Source of the DNA: an uncultured Verrucomicrobiae bacterium
Lineage (GTDB): Bacteria > Verrucomicrobiota > Verrucomicrobiia > Chthoniobacterales > UBA10450
Direction: 5' to 3'
Length of the DNA: 64,000 bases
NCBI GenBank assembly: GCA_963735805.1
Contig: CAVTMK010000001.1
Location: forward strand, 256,001-320,000
The translations under genes were made by a program, and so were the position numbers. The notes beneath the pieces are model-generated. The model was given only the letters and a program-made list of their open reading frames with translations. It ran no database searches and had not been told where the DNA came from. This document shows positions 9,969-19,482 of this stretch, in pieces; within the stretch, counting starts at the first letter, position 1, and the number at the start of each line of letters is the position of its first letter.

Positions 9969-10991
9969 TTGAGCGCGCTGCGATCGAGCGTGGTGCTTGC
10001 CCTGCTTTTTTTGCCTGCCTCGGCGCTGGCCGCTCCTCTGGTTCCTGTGAATCCCGGAACGACGTGGCGATACAGCATGACGGAGGAAGTTGGAAAAGGC
10101 CTGACTATTTCCAATTTGAAACCAGGCGCCGATGGGAAGGTTAGATTACCGGTGATCTATCGCCTTGATGGAATAGAGAACCTCGATGGGAGACAACTTC
10201 TCAAGTTCGAAATGCACCGAGCCGGTTCGATCACGAATACAGACCTTGTTACTGTCGACGAACACGGAATAACCTGTTGGGCGCGAATCAATCTGGACGG
10301 CGAGCTTATCAAGTTTAATCCGCCGCAGACAATGATTGCCGCACCGCTAAAGCAGGGCGCGAACTGGAATTTTGACGGTCAGGCCGGCGATTTAAAGGTG
10401 CATCAGCGGTACGACGTGAGTAATGAAGAAGATATTGAAGTTCCCGCCGGCGAATTTCATGCCTTTCATATTCGCGGGGAGCAAAGCTCACCCAGCCCGA
10501 TGACGATCGATCGCTGGTTCGTGCCCGGCACAGGAATTGTCAAAGATGTTACCACCATGCGCGCCGCGGACGGCGACTTGCTCGAGCGAATTTCCCTTGA
10601 ACTGACCGAGCGACCCAAAATCGAGAATAGGCCAGAGGTGAGGGCTGACACGGCGTCGAAAAGGGTGTCGGTGAGTTTCGCCGAAGATCAATTCGGGAAA
10701 GCAAGCTCAGTGTTTTCATCAGACACTCCCCAGATTTGCGTGCGATGGCAGGGACAGCGCCTGCGGAAGGGTGGAAAATTGAAGGCCGTCTGGGTGGCAG
10801 AGAACATCGGCGAAGATTTTCCGCCAGATTACAAGATCGATGAAGCTTCTGCGACCGTCGAAAGCCAAAATGCTCACGGAGTTTTCACACTGGCACGACC
10901 CGAAAATGGTTGGGCGGTCGGTGATTACCGCGTCGAATTTTACGTCGATGACGTTTTCGTAGACACGGCCAAGTTAAAGATCGTGCAGTAA
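9969..10991 (+). CDS. Secreted two-domain hypothetical protein (beta-rich N domain plus Ig-like C domain)
   Basis: Signal peptide; PVNPGTTWRY, EDIEVPAGEF, WFVPGTGIVK pattern; C-terminal GWAVGDYRVEFYVD; start uncertain. Confidence 0.7.
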   Translation: MSALRSSVVLALLFLPASALAAPLVPVNPGTTWRYSMTEEVGKGLTISNLKPGADGKVRLPVIYRLDGIENLDGRQLLKFEMHRAGSITNTDLVTVDEHGITCWARINLDGELIKFNPPQTMIAAPLKQGANWNFDGQAGDLKVHQRYDVSNEEDIEVPAGEFHAFHIRGEQSSPSPMTIDRWFVPGTGIVKDVTTMRAADGDLLERISLELTERPKIENRPEVRADTASKRVSVSFAEDQFGKASSVFSSDTPQICVRWQGQRLRKGGKLKAVWVAENIGEDFPPDYKIDEASATVESQNAHGVFTLARPENGWAVGDYRVEFYVDDVFVDTAKLKIVQ

Positions 10992-11108
10992 AAGCGATGC
11001 GGACAACCTGTCTGCGATTGTGGTGTACTTTGATTGCCTGGCATCATAGGTTTTTCTTGAATCCAAAGTCACCGCTTGGTTCATCGTAACAATAGAAAGC
11101 ACATTTTC

Positions 11109-11753
11109 ATGAAGAAGATCACGATTGTATTTCTAACTGTTTGCGTCGCTTTGGCCTTCGGATGCCGATGGGTTGGAATTCGAGGCAATGGCCATCTCAA
11201 AACAGATGACCGAACCGTTGACGCCTTCACTGAGATAGACACGGGTGGAGCATTCGAAATCGAATGGCAAGGAGGATCCCCCGCCCTTCACATCACGACC
11301 GACGAAAATCTTCTTTCTTATGTCAAAAGTGATGTTTCGGGCGACACGCTTCGTTTGCGCACACACGAGCAAATTTGGCCAACACATGGAATCAAGGTCG
11401 TAATTTCCAGCCCAACAAGGGCAGGCGCCAGGATACGAGGCGCTGTCAAGCTCACTGCAAAACAGCTGACCGGACCCAGGTTTGCTCTCGAAGCCAGCGG
11501 TGCATCACGTGTTTCGCTTGATGGAAAAATCGACGAACTCCTTGCCGATATGACCGGCGCGAGCGACCTTGAGGCGGGCGGGCTTCAAACAAAAATCGCC
11601 GAAATCTCCACGACAGGCGCCGGGGACGCAGAAATCGCAGTCGCCGAAACGCTAAAAGTCTCCATTACCGGCGCGGGAAAAGTCAGCTATTCTGGTAATC
11701 CCACGATTGAAAAGCACATCACGGGCGCTGGCTCAGTCCGTCGCAAGGAATAA
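11109..11753 (+). CDS. Head GIN (DUF2807) domain lipoprotein
   Basis: Lipobox LAFGC, IRGNG, repeated SGAS/TGAG beta-helix units, YSGNP. Confidence 0.88.
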   Translation: MKKITIVFLTVCVALAFGCRWVGIRGNGHLKTDDRTVDAFTEIDTGGAFEIEWQGGSPALHITTDENLLSYVKSDVSGDTLRLRTHEQIWPTHGIKVVISSPTRAGARIRGAVKLTAKQLTGPRFALEASGASRVSLDGKIDELLADMTGASDLEAGGLQTKIAEISTTGAGDAEIAVAETLKVSITGAGKVSYSGNPTIEKHITGAGSVRRKE

Positions 11754-11926
11754 GGCATTCAGTCCTTCTCGCGACGTGCCCCATTTTTGACGCAAGATCC
11801 TTGTTCATTTGTAGGAAGTCCCGTGTCGGCTGTTTTGTTGAAGAAACGCAGGCGGCAAACCTCTTACCATAGAGTGGGGAAACGGATAGTTTGCGACCGT
11901 TACATATCGCTACAAAATATTCCACG

Positions 11927-12733
11927 GTGGAAAACTTTATCTGCGTTCAATGCGGAACCCAGTTTGATGAAAGCGCACAGTCGCCAGCCTCCTGTCCCAT
12001 TTGCGAAGATGAACGGCAATTTGTGCGTCACGAAGGCCAGGCGTGGACGACGCTTAAACGCATGGCGGCTCGGTATCGGAACCGCTTGGAAGATGAGGCG
12101 CCGCACCTTGTAGGAATCGGGACCGAGCCGGAATTTGGCATTGGTCAGCGCGCTTTGCTTTTGCGATCACCAGACGGAAATCTGCTTTGGGATTGCGTCA
12201 CCTTCCTCGATGAAAAAACCATAGAAACAATCAAGGCGCGCGGCGGCATTCGCGCCATTGCAATTTCCCACCCCCATTATTATTCGGCGATGGTGGCATG
12301 GGCTGAGCACTTCGATGCGCAAATCTTCCTCCATGCCAAGGATCGCCAGTGGGTGATGCGTAAAAGTCCGCGTATTCAATTCTGGGAAGAAACGATGTTG
12401 CCACTTTGGGATGACCTGATGTTGATCAATTGCGGTGGACACTTCGAGGGCGGCACTGTCTTGCACTGGCCAGCAGGCGCAAATGGAAAAGGGGCGCTGC
12501 TGACTGGCGACATCATTCAAGTCGTGCAAGATCGCGGGTATGTGAGTTTCATGCGGAGTTATCCGAATCTGATTCCGCTAGGACCTCCTGCAATCCATGA
12601 AATCCTTGAAAGAATCGAAGGGTTCCCATTCGAACAAATTTACGGTGCATGGTGGGGGGCGAACGTGCTATCGGATGCGAAACGGGCTGTTGTGCGATCC
12701 GCGAAGCGTTACCTGCGCTGGATCGGTTCATAA
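11927..12733 (+). CDS. MBL-fold metallo-hydrolase with N-terminal Cys cluster (YmaE-like)
   Basis: CVQCG and CPICEDERQ; ISHPHYY, GGHFEG, TGD. Confidence 0.88.
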   Translation: MENFICVQCGTQFDESAQSPASCPICEDERQFVRHEGQAWTTLKRMAARYRNRLEDEAPHLVGIGTEPEFGIGQRALLLRSPDGNLLWDCVTFLDEKTIETIKARGGIRAIAISHPHYYSAMVAWAEHFDAQIFLHAKDRQWVMRKSPRIQFWEETMLPLWDDLMLINCGGHFEGGTVLHWPAGANGKGALLTGDIIQVVQDRGYVSFMRSYPNLIPLGPPAIHEILERIEGFPFEQIYGAWWGANVLSDAKRAVVRSAKRYLRWIGS

Positions 12734-12892
12734 AAGCGCAAGCGTACGGCCAGCATTCAAAAAGGCCACGAGCACACGCAACCACTCTTAAAGTTCGCCC
12801 TCGGACGGAACTAGTCCCATGGCGTCGCGAAACAAAATGGCGTCTAAATTGGACTTGGAGCTTCCCGGCATCGCTTTGAATTTCCAGATGTC

Positions 12893-13606
12893 CTAGGAAC
12901 GGGCGATTTGATCAACAATCCGCGGCAATGCTGCCGCCGCTGGCTCACGCACCAATTGTGTCGCAAATTGGGAGAGGGGTGTTTCCTCGGGATTTACCTC
13001 GATGAGCCTGCCACCGCGATGGCTAGCGCGCAGCGCCCAATCAATGATGTATCCGAACGTCGCCGTTGTTCCCGCCACAATCACAACGCCGCAGGAATCG
13101 CGCTGTAAATAGTTCTCAACGCGTTCCGTTTCCTGCAAAGGCAAAGGCTCGCCGAACCAAACCACTCCAGGCCGCATGAACGCGTCACATCGCGGACACC
13201 TTGGGAGTGTTCCGCCGTCGCGCTCGTGATCGTGATCGTGCTCCTGCTCGAAACTACACCGGGAACATCGCGTCTTGAAAATGTCTCCATGAATTTGCAC
13301 CATCTCGGCCCTGGTGACACCAGCGCGCTCGTGGAGATCGTCGACGTTCTGTGTGACGAGCAGAAATTCATCGGCACGTTGCGCCAGTTTCGCTATCGCT
13401 TCATGGGCTGGATTGGGTCGGGCGTTGCAAATACCCCGGCGCCGCTCGCGATACCATTGCCAAACCAGGTCCGGATCGCGGGCGAAAGCTTCCGGTGTCG
13501 CCAACTTTATCGGATCCAGATTGCGCCAGTAGCCATCTTTGCCGCGAAAGGTTGGAATTCCGCTTTCAGCCGAAACACCGGCACCTGTGACAACGAGAAC
13601 ACGCAT
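12893..13606 (-). CDS. cobB: NAD-dependent protein deacylase (class III sirtuin)
   Basis: TGAGVSAESGIPTFRG, YxxR, TQNVDDLH, IHG, two CxxC, RPGVVWFGE. Confidence 0.93.
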   Translation of the reverse strand: MRVLVVTGAGVSAESGIPTFRGKDGYWRNLDPIKLATPEAFARDPDLVWQWYRERRRGICNARPNPAHEAIAKLAQRADEFLLVTQNVDDLHERAGVTRAEMVQIHGDIFKTRCSRCSFEQEHDHDHERDGGTLPRCPRCDAFMRPGVVWFGEPLPLQETERVENYLQRDSCGVVIVAGTTATFGYIIDWALRASHRGGRLIEVNPEETPLSQFATQLVREPAAAALPRIVDQIARS

Positions 13607-13717
13607 GACCTAAGATCGATCAGCAGTCGCGAATTCCAAGTCAGCTGCCACGGAATATTCCCGTCGCTCGGACAGTTAATGTTGCCACCGCCGTGTCGGC
13701 TTTGCCAGACTCGCTCC

Positions 13718-14956
13718 ATGAATGACCATGAAATTGAATCTGGCGCTATCCGTGAAATTGAACCTGAAGTACGGACATTATTTACGAAGCTGGTCGAACG
13801 CGACCCGCGGGAGGCAGCCAAGATGCTCGAGCCATATCCGGACGAGTTTGTTGTCCAAATGCTGGAACTGCTAAATCCGGGATCGGCACTCAAGATACTC
13901 CAACGCTTCAATCCCTCACGACGCCAAACGATTTTGGCCACAGCCTCCCCCGAAACCAATAAGCAATGGATGCGGAATCAAACGTATCCCGAGCGGACGA
14001 TCGGACGATTAATGCAACCGCCATTGGCAGTTTTCCGTCCACAGACAACAATTGCCGAAGCGACCGAACAAATTCGGCGACTCGCCAGGAAAGCGATTAT
14101 TACCTACGGCTTTGTCACAGACGAACAGGAGAAACTCCTTGGAGTTGTCGTGATGCGAGACATGCTCCTGGCGCAAAGCAGTCAGCGCCTCGAGGAAATC
14201 ATGCTCACGAATCCGTTTTACCTCACGCCAGAGATGTCACTCCCCGACGCGATGAGAGCGGTACTTGTTCGACATTATCCCGTTTATCCAGTCTGCGAAA
14301 AAACGGGACGGCTCGTCGGCCTATTGCGTGGCCAGATGCTGTTTGAGGCTGAGGCAATTGAATTAAGCGCGCAACCGGGCGAAATGGTCGGCGTAGAAAG
14401 CGAAGAGCGTCTTACTACGCCATGGCTGCGCAGCCTGAAATTTCGACACCCCTGGCTTCAGGTAAATTTATTCTGCGGATTACTTGCTGCGGTTGTGGTG
14501 GGATGTTTTCAGGAAACGATCGACCGAATCATTGCGTTGGCAGTATTTCTACCGGTCCTCATCGGACAGGCAGCAAACACCGGAGTGCAGGCACTGGCAG
14601 TATGTTTGCGCGGGATGACCCTGGGCGATTTACGGTCGGGCAGACACCGGACGCTCCTGATCAAAGAGATGTTGCTAGGAACATTCAACGGAGCCCTGAC
14701 CGGTGTCACAGGCGGAGTCGCGATGTACATCTTCGCAACAATGGTGAAAAGCCACCTGGCACCGATGCTAAGTCTTGTCGTGTTCCTCGCTATTACCATC
14801 AGCTGCTGCTTTAGCGGGATCGCTGGCGCGATGGTGCCCTTGGCTCTTAAGAAATTTGGTGCTGATCCGGCAACGGCATCCAGCATTGTCGTCACCACTT
14901 TCACAGATGTTGGTTGTCTCCTCGTTTTTCTTGGACTAGCTGCCTTACTGATCTAA
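13718..14956 (+). CDS. mgtE: Magnesium transporter MgtE family
   Basis: Tandem CBS domains, RHPWL, GQAANTGVQ, DPATASSIVVTTFTDV; start trimmed to ATG 13718. Confidence 0.92.
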   Translation: MNDHEIESGAIREIEPEVRTLFTKLVERDPREAAKMLEPYPDEFVVQMLELLNPGSALKILQRFNPSRRQTILATASPETNKQWMRNQTYPERTIGRLMQPPLAVFRPQTTIAEATEQIRRLARKAIITYGFVTDEQEKLLGVVVMRDMLLAQSSQRLEEIMLTNPFYLTPEMSLPDAMRAVLVRHYPVYPVCEKTGRLVGLLRGQMLFEAEAIELSAQPGEMVGVESEERLTTPWLRSLKFRHPWLQVNLFCGLLAAVVVGCFQETIDRIIALAVFLPVLIGQAANTGVQALAVCLRGMTLGDLRSGRHRTLLIKEMLLGTFNGALTGVTGGVAMYIFATMVKSHLAPMLSLVVFLAITISCCFSGIAGAMVPLALKKFGADPATASSIVVTTFTDVGCLLVFLGLAALLI

Positions 14957-15021
14957 GCAGACACGATCGCTGCTCGAAAAAGATCGCCTTATTGCCAATG
15001 CAGGATTATCACTCGGTTTCC

Positions 15022-15465
15022 ATGCGAAAATATACCTTTAGCCTGACGATCCTAACTCTCATCATGTCGTGTGCGCTTGCGTTCAGTGCATCTGATACTC
15101 CAGAAACCCGACGTCGAGAAGCCGAGCGCTATCTACAAGCTACCCCACCCAAAGCGTTGTTCGAAGACATGGCCGACAAGATGGCTGCGAACCTTCCCTC
15201 TGACCAACGCGATCAATTCAAGAAATTAATGACTTCGCAGCTCGACATCGCCGCACTGACGAAAGCGATGATTGACGCCATGGTGAAACATTTCACCACT
15301 GAAGAATTGAAGGCATTGGCAGATTTTTATGGTTCTCCGGTTGGGAAATCCGCGATGCAAAAGTTCGGTGCTTATATGGCGGACATCATGCCGACGATGG
15401 AAGCCGAGATCATGAAAGCGCAGGCGAAGATGAATCAGTCGCTACCCAATTCATCACCGAAGTAG
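15022..15465 (+). CDS. DUF2059 domain secreted protein
   Basis: Signal peptide; KHFTTEELKALADFYGSPVGK. Confidence 0.85.
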   Translation: MRKYTFSLTILTLIMSCALAFSASDTPETRRREAERYLQATPPKALFEDMADKMAANLPSDQRDQFKKLMTSQLDIAALTKAMIDAMVKHFTTEELKALADFYGSPVGKSAMQKFGAYMADIMPTMEAEIMKAQAKMNQSLPNSSPK

Positions 15466-15524
15466 ATCAGACCATTTGAAGTAGGCCGCGTCGGCCATGG
15501 CGAACCCGTTGACTCGCCATTTCG

Positions 15525-15578
15525 CCGAGGGACGCGCCGTAAAGGATTTTGTGCAAGCTCACGGCGCGAACCCCGGCG
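15525..15578. terminator. GC-rich hairpin between convergent genes
   Basis: CGCCGAGGGACGCGCCGT ... ACGGCGCGAACCCCGGCG imperfect inverted repeat. Confidence 0.45.
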
Positions 15579-15612
15579 CGTCCTGGATTTTCTTGATTGA
15601 TCTGTGCTCGCT

Positions 15613-17898
15613 CTAATGCCGACGTCGATAGTTAATCGACCAGTTTTGCTGCTGAACGTTCGGAACCGGCGTGCCGGTTGCTGCGTCGTAGATGGAACGC
15701 GAGAAGAAAATCACTTGGTTCCCAGTGTTGTCCGGATCAAAGAATGGATCGCCCGGAGGCACGGGGATATCGAATTCCTCATCGCCTGAAGTAGTCAGAT
15801 CGAGATCGTGATCAATGAATTGGCCCCAGCCGTAAGTCCAATCCGAAAGATTGCGTGCGTCGGGCAGGCTTTGGTCGCCTTGATCGACAACGCTGTTACT
15901 AATGAAACGCGCACTGGGACGGGTCGCGCCCGCCGGCGACGACAATGAATCGCCATAGGCGGCCGAGACGAACCGCATGAGGTCCGAGCCCGCTGCGCCC
16001 CAGAACCGATGCGAGTTATTGTTTCCTACCCCGTCGATTGGCGCCGGATTGAATTGGGTGACATGGGCGCCGATCAACGCCGGAGGAAGAAATCCCGGCC
16101 GTGGCTGCAATCCTTGCAGCGTTGTGTCATCAAAGAAGAAAACGTTGTCCTGAATCTTCGTGAGGACGGTGTTGCGCCGAATGATGTCGGAAAGCCGCGT
16201 TTGCTGGAGCGCCTGCAGTTGTGTGCCGAAAAAAACTCGCTGATACCAGAAGCGGTCTCCGTCACGAACACGCTCGAATTGGTTCGCGATAATTCTCCGG
16301 AAGGTAGGACCGACGCTGCCGCCGGGAACATGATCTTCGGCAAGGCCGCCGATCCAAAGATCGATCGAATCGACATTTCCATAAAGCTGGAACAACTTCG
16401 CCTGAAGATCGGGATCGCTCGTAATCTGACTGAAATTCGTGACGCGCGGCAGCCCAAATGCGGCGCGCGTGCTGTTATAGTCCGCAAGCCCATGGTCGCG
16501 GCCGCGCTGAATATTCAGGGAGGCTAGATCAAAACCACCCGCGCCAGGAGGCCCAAACAAGAAATTACGCAGGTCGCCAACTATTTTTGTATCAACCGCC
16601 TGGGCATTGTCGGTTGCGAGATATTTGAGGATCGGGTCCGGACCGGTTTCCTTCAGCGGATCAGGATTAAAGAACGCGTCATCCAGATCAAGCTCTTCGC
16701 GGATGGGATTGCCTTCGTTGTCTAGAAACTCGACATCGTCATTGACGAGCGTATGGCCAATACGATAAGCCGCAGTCGAGAACTCAGTCGCGATTCCGGA
16801 ATTCACGTTATCCTTATACCCAGAATATGCCCGCAAGGCGTTCGGTCCGAGCAGCGCCGGAAGAAACTCGCGATAAGTAATCACCTGCAGTTCGCCGGCG
16901 ACGATTCGTCGCGTCATTTGGAAAATCTTTTCGTCGTTTAACGAATGATTGGCCGCGGCGATAGCGGCGGCTATTTGATTGTGTTCCCGCACAAACAGCG
17001 CCTGAATGGCGGTCAGTTCGACATTCTCGTTCGACCGCACATCTCCGCACAAAAACAATTCGTTATCGGGAACTCGATGCGCGTCGTTTGCGTTTGGCAG
17101 GCCGTTAACGTTGAGCGGAGGCAGATTGCCAGTACTCGTTTTCAGAGCTCCGCCTTGAAACGTGCGCAGGGCAGCAGTACGTCCCGCGTCGGAACCATAA
17201 ACAACCGAACCATCAAGATACGCCGTAATCTGACTGACTTGTTGCCGTGGATTCGACTCACTCGCCCGCAATTGAAAGCTATTGGTTCCCTGGTGCAGGT
17301 TCACTGGGACACTAAAGTTTCCTGCCAAATCCAGCGGCACTGGCGAACCGTTTATCGAAAAGGAAATCATCCATGGCGCACAAATGTCGTCCGTAACCGT
17401 GCCCCGCAAAACAATGCTTTGCGAAGTGACCGTGCTTCCGTTCGGTGGGTTCAGATTGGCGAACTCACCCGAAGTATTCTCCGTATTCGGGCTCCGGATT
17501 TCTTGAACACTCGAATTGATTCTCGGCCCGGCTGCCTGCCCGTTGCGATTGCGAATTTGCCGCTCCGCCACCCAGCCATCCAAGCCATCGTCAAACCGGA
17601 CCTTCCACCACCAAACATCAGCAGAGCGCACGGGACCTTCTGTGATTGCGCCTTGAAGCCCGACCGGTTCAGTCGTGATGAACTGGCCGGCGAATGGCGG
17701 CGCTAAAAATATTGCGCTTTGACTAATTGTCCGCACTTGTTCGCCGATGTAAAACGGCGAGGCGGCGGCAGCACCCTGGCTTCGTCCGTTGATCCCGCAA
17801 CAGATCAGAACTAACAGCAGGGAGGCATACCAGTGCCTGAACCGAATGAACGTGATGTTTTCAAAGAACCAAATGAGGTTGAGAGTATTGGTTTTCAT
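15613..17898 (-). CDS. Secreted heme peroxidase (peroxidase-cyclooxygenase superfamily), circularly permuted, with SH3b-like and Ig-like domains
   Basis: ITAYLDGSVVYGS, GDVRSNE, REHN, AYRIGH, NIQRGRDHGL, RDGDRFW; the normally N-terminal IDGVGNN...WGQFIDHD...FFSRS block lies at the C-terminus. Confidence 0.92.
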   Translation of the reverse strand: MKTNTLNLIWFFENITFIRFRHWYASLLLVLICCGINGRSQGAAAASPFYIGEQVRTISQSAIFLAPPFAGQFITTEPVGLQGAITEGPVRSADVWWWKVRFDDGLDGWVAERQIRNRNGQAAGPRINSSVQEIRSPNTENTSGEFANLNPPNGSTVTSQSIVLRGTVTDDICAPWMISFSINGSPVPLDLAGNFSVPVNLHQGTNSFQLRASESNPRQQVSQITAYLDGSVVYGSDAGRTAALRTFQGGALKTSTGNLPPLNVNGLPNANDAHRVPDNELFLCGDVRSNENVELTAIQALFVREHNQIAAAIAAANHSLNDEKIFQMTRRIVAGELQVITYREFLPALLGPNALRAYSGYKDNVNSGIATEFSTAAYRIGHTLVNDDVEFLDNEGNPIREELDLDDAFFNPDPLKETGPDPILKYLATDNAQAVDTKIVGDLRNFLFGPPGAGGFDLASLNIQRGRDHGLADYNSTRAAFGLPRVTNFSQITSDPDLQAKLFQLYGNVDSIDLWIGGLAEDHVPGGSVGPTFRRIIANQFERVRDGDRFWYQRVFFGTQLQALQQTRLSDIIRRNTVLTKIQDNVFFFDDTTLQGLQPRPGFLPPALIGAHVTQFNPAPIDGVGNNNSHRFWGAAGSDLMRFVSAAYGDSLSSPAGATRPSARFISNSVVDQGDQSLPDARNLSDWTYGWGQFIDHDLDLTTSGDEEFDIPVPPGDPFFDPDNTGNQVIFFSRSIYDAATGTPVPNVQQQNWSINYRRRH

Positions 17899-17944
17899 TA
17901 TTATCGCTACGTATCAGCCATCCCTGCGCGACCCAAAGAACTTT

Positions 17945-17977
17945 GGGATAAAGCCGTCGGATTTTGTGATGAAGCGG
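17945..17977 (-). promoter_or_regulatory. LytTR-type direct repeat pair facing the peroxidase gene
   Basis: Minus strand CCGCTTCATCAC (17977-17966) and CGGCTTTATCCC (17956-17945), 21-bp period. Confidence 0.65.
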
Positions 17978-18063
17978 TTTATGGACGTTATCGAGGCATT
18001 CCGGCGACCGCGGATCTGATTTTTACGTCGCTGCGTTGATAGGACCTACACAGGTTCTTTCAC

Positions 18064-18096
18064 CCACTTCGTCACGCTAACGAGCCGCTTCGTCAC
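18064..18096 (+). promoter_or_regulatory. LytTR-type direct repeat pair facing the kinase gene
   Basis: CCACTTCGTCAC (18064-18075) and CCGCTTCGTCAC (18085-18096), 21-bp period. Confidence 0.7.
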
Positions 18097-18193
18097 AACC
18101 TTATTGCGATTTCCCCTCTTGCAGTCCGCTATTTTCTCATAAGGTGGCGGGATTCGAGAACAACAGCCTCCGCAGATTTGTCTGATAAACCAA

Positions 18194-19288
18194 GTGATAA
18201 AATTCTTTCGACCCATTCGGCCCTTGGTTTGCGGCTGGTTTCTCTCTTTCGCCGGCTGGGGTTTGGTCGCGTTTGTTCTCGGAGTAAACTTTGTCGGCAG
18301 CACAGATATTCCATGGACTCGCGCGCTTCACGCGGCGATTCGCGATCAATTGCCATGGGCAGTGCTGACTCCGTTGATCTTCCGATTCGCCACGCGCCAC
18401 CTGATCGATCATGCGAACTGGAAAAGGAATCTAGTACTGCAATTGATGACCGGCATCGTGGTGATCTGGGGAATCCACCAATGGAAACTTCTCATCGACC
18501 CGAATGGACCAGGCCCACACCATCGGCGGCCCATCTCTGCAAGAGATTTCGGCGGATCCGCAGGTCCGCAATTGGCAGCGCCACCGCCAGCCTGGGATTT
18601 TTTCCACTTCGCGAGTGTCGAAATTCCAATTTACCTCATGATCATTAGCGCCGCCCACACCTTGCATTTTTATCGGCGCGCCGAAATGCGATCCGGCCAG
18701 CTCGCCCGCGCGCGATTACACGCGCTGCAAACGCAGATTCATCCGCATTTTCTTTTTAATACGTTAAACACCATCGCGGGACTCATTCACAAGGCTCCGG
18801 ACAAAGCCGAGGTCGTCGTGCAGATGCTTGGCGATTTATTGCACTTCCTGCTAAGGGCGAATCCCGAGTCGGAGGTTCCATTGGAACGGGAAATTGAGTT
18901 CGTCGAAAAATATCTCGCCATCATGCACGTCCGCTTTGATAATCGCGTCCGGTACGAGTTCCAGATCGCGCCCGAGACTCTGGCCGCATCCGTTCCTGCC
19001 TTGCTTCTCCAGCCGATTGTCGAGAACGCAATCAAGCACGGTCTCGAACCCAAGCCGCGGGGTGGCAAGATCACCATCCAAGCGCAGCGCGACATGAGTT
19101 TTCTTCACCTTCGAGTCTCGGACACCGGTGTGGGCATCCGCAATTTGGAGAACGTCGAAGAGGGCATCGGTCTGACCAGCACGCGCGCGCGATTGCAGGA
19201 ATTGTATGGCGATGCCGCTTCGCTGGAGATTTTCAGTGACGGCGGGACCACTGTGTTAATCGAGATTCCATTTCGCCTGACCGCATGA
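18194..19288 (+). CDS. LytS/YehU-family membrane sensor histidine kinase
   Basis: QIHPHFLFNTLN H-box, LLQPIVENAIKHG, DTGVG, GIGL. Confidence 0.93.
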   Translation: MIKFFRPIRPLVCGWFLSFAGWGLVAFVLGVNFVGSTDIPWTRALHAAIRDQLPWAVLTPLIFRFATRHLIDHANWKRNLVLQLMTGIVVIWGIHQWKLLIDPNGPGPHHRRPISARDFGGSAGPQLAAPPPAWDFFHFASVEIPIYLMIISAAHTLHFYRRAEMRSGQLARARLHALQTQIHPHFLFNTLNTIAGLIHKAPDKAEVVVQMLGDLLHFLLRANPESEVPLEREIEFVEKYLAIMHVRFDNRVRYEFQIAPETLAASVPALLLQPIVENAIKHGLEPKPRGGKITIQAQRDMSFLHLRVSDTGVGIRNLENVEEGIGLTSTRARLQELYGDAASLEIFSDGGTTVLIEIPFRLTA

Positions 19289-19482
19289 GACTCGCCTCGC
19301 CTGCGAACGTTTTCAGAGGTCGAATTGAAAAAAGATTTCACGTGAACACTGTTGAAATCATTGTTCCGATACTTAAGGTTCGCTGATCGTCGATTGTCAG
19401 CATATGCTGACATGGGCGTCGTCGAGTCCCGGTCGGTGCGCCATATAGTCGTAAAATCAGTGCGGGCGAATAGGGAGGAACA

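Noticed and set aside
9920..10114. Extension of the phosphodiesterase ORF
   Set aside because: It is antisense to the neighbouring gene, and the signal peptide begins after 9919.
13226..13717. Long N-terminal extension of mgtE
   Set aside because: It is the antisense shadow of cobB; MgtE-like sequence starts at 13718.
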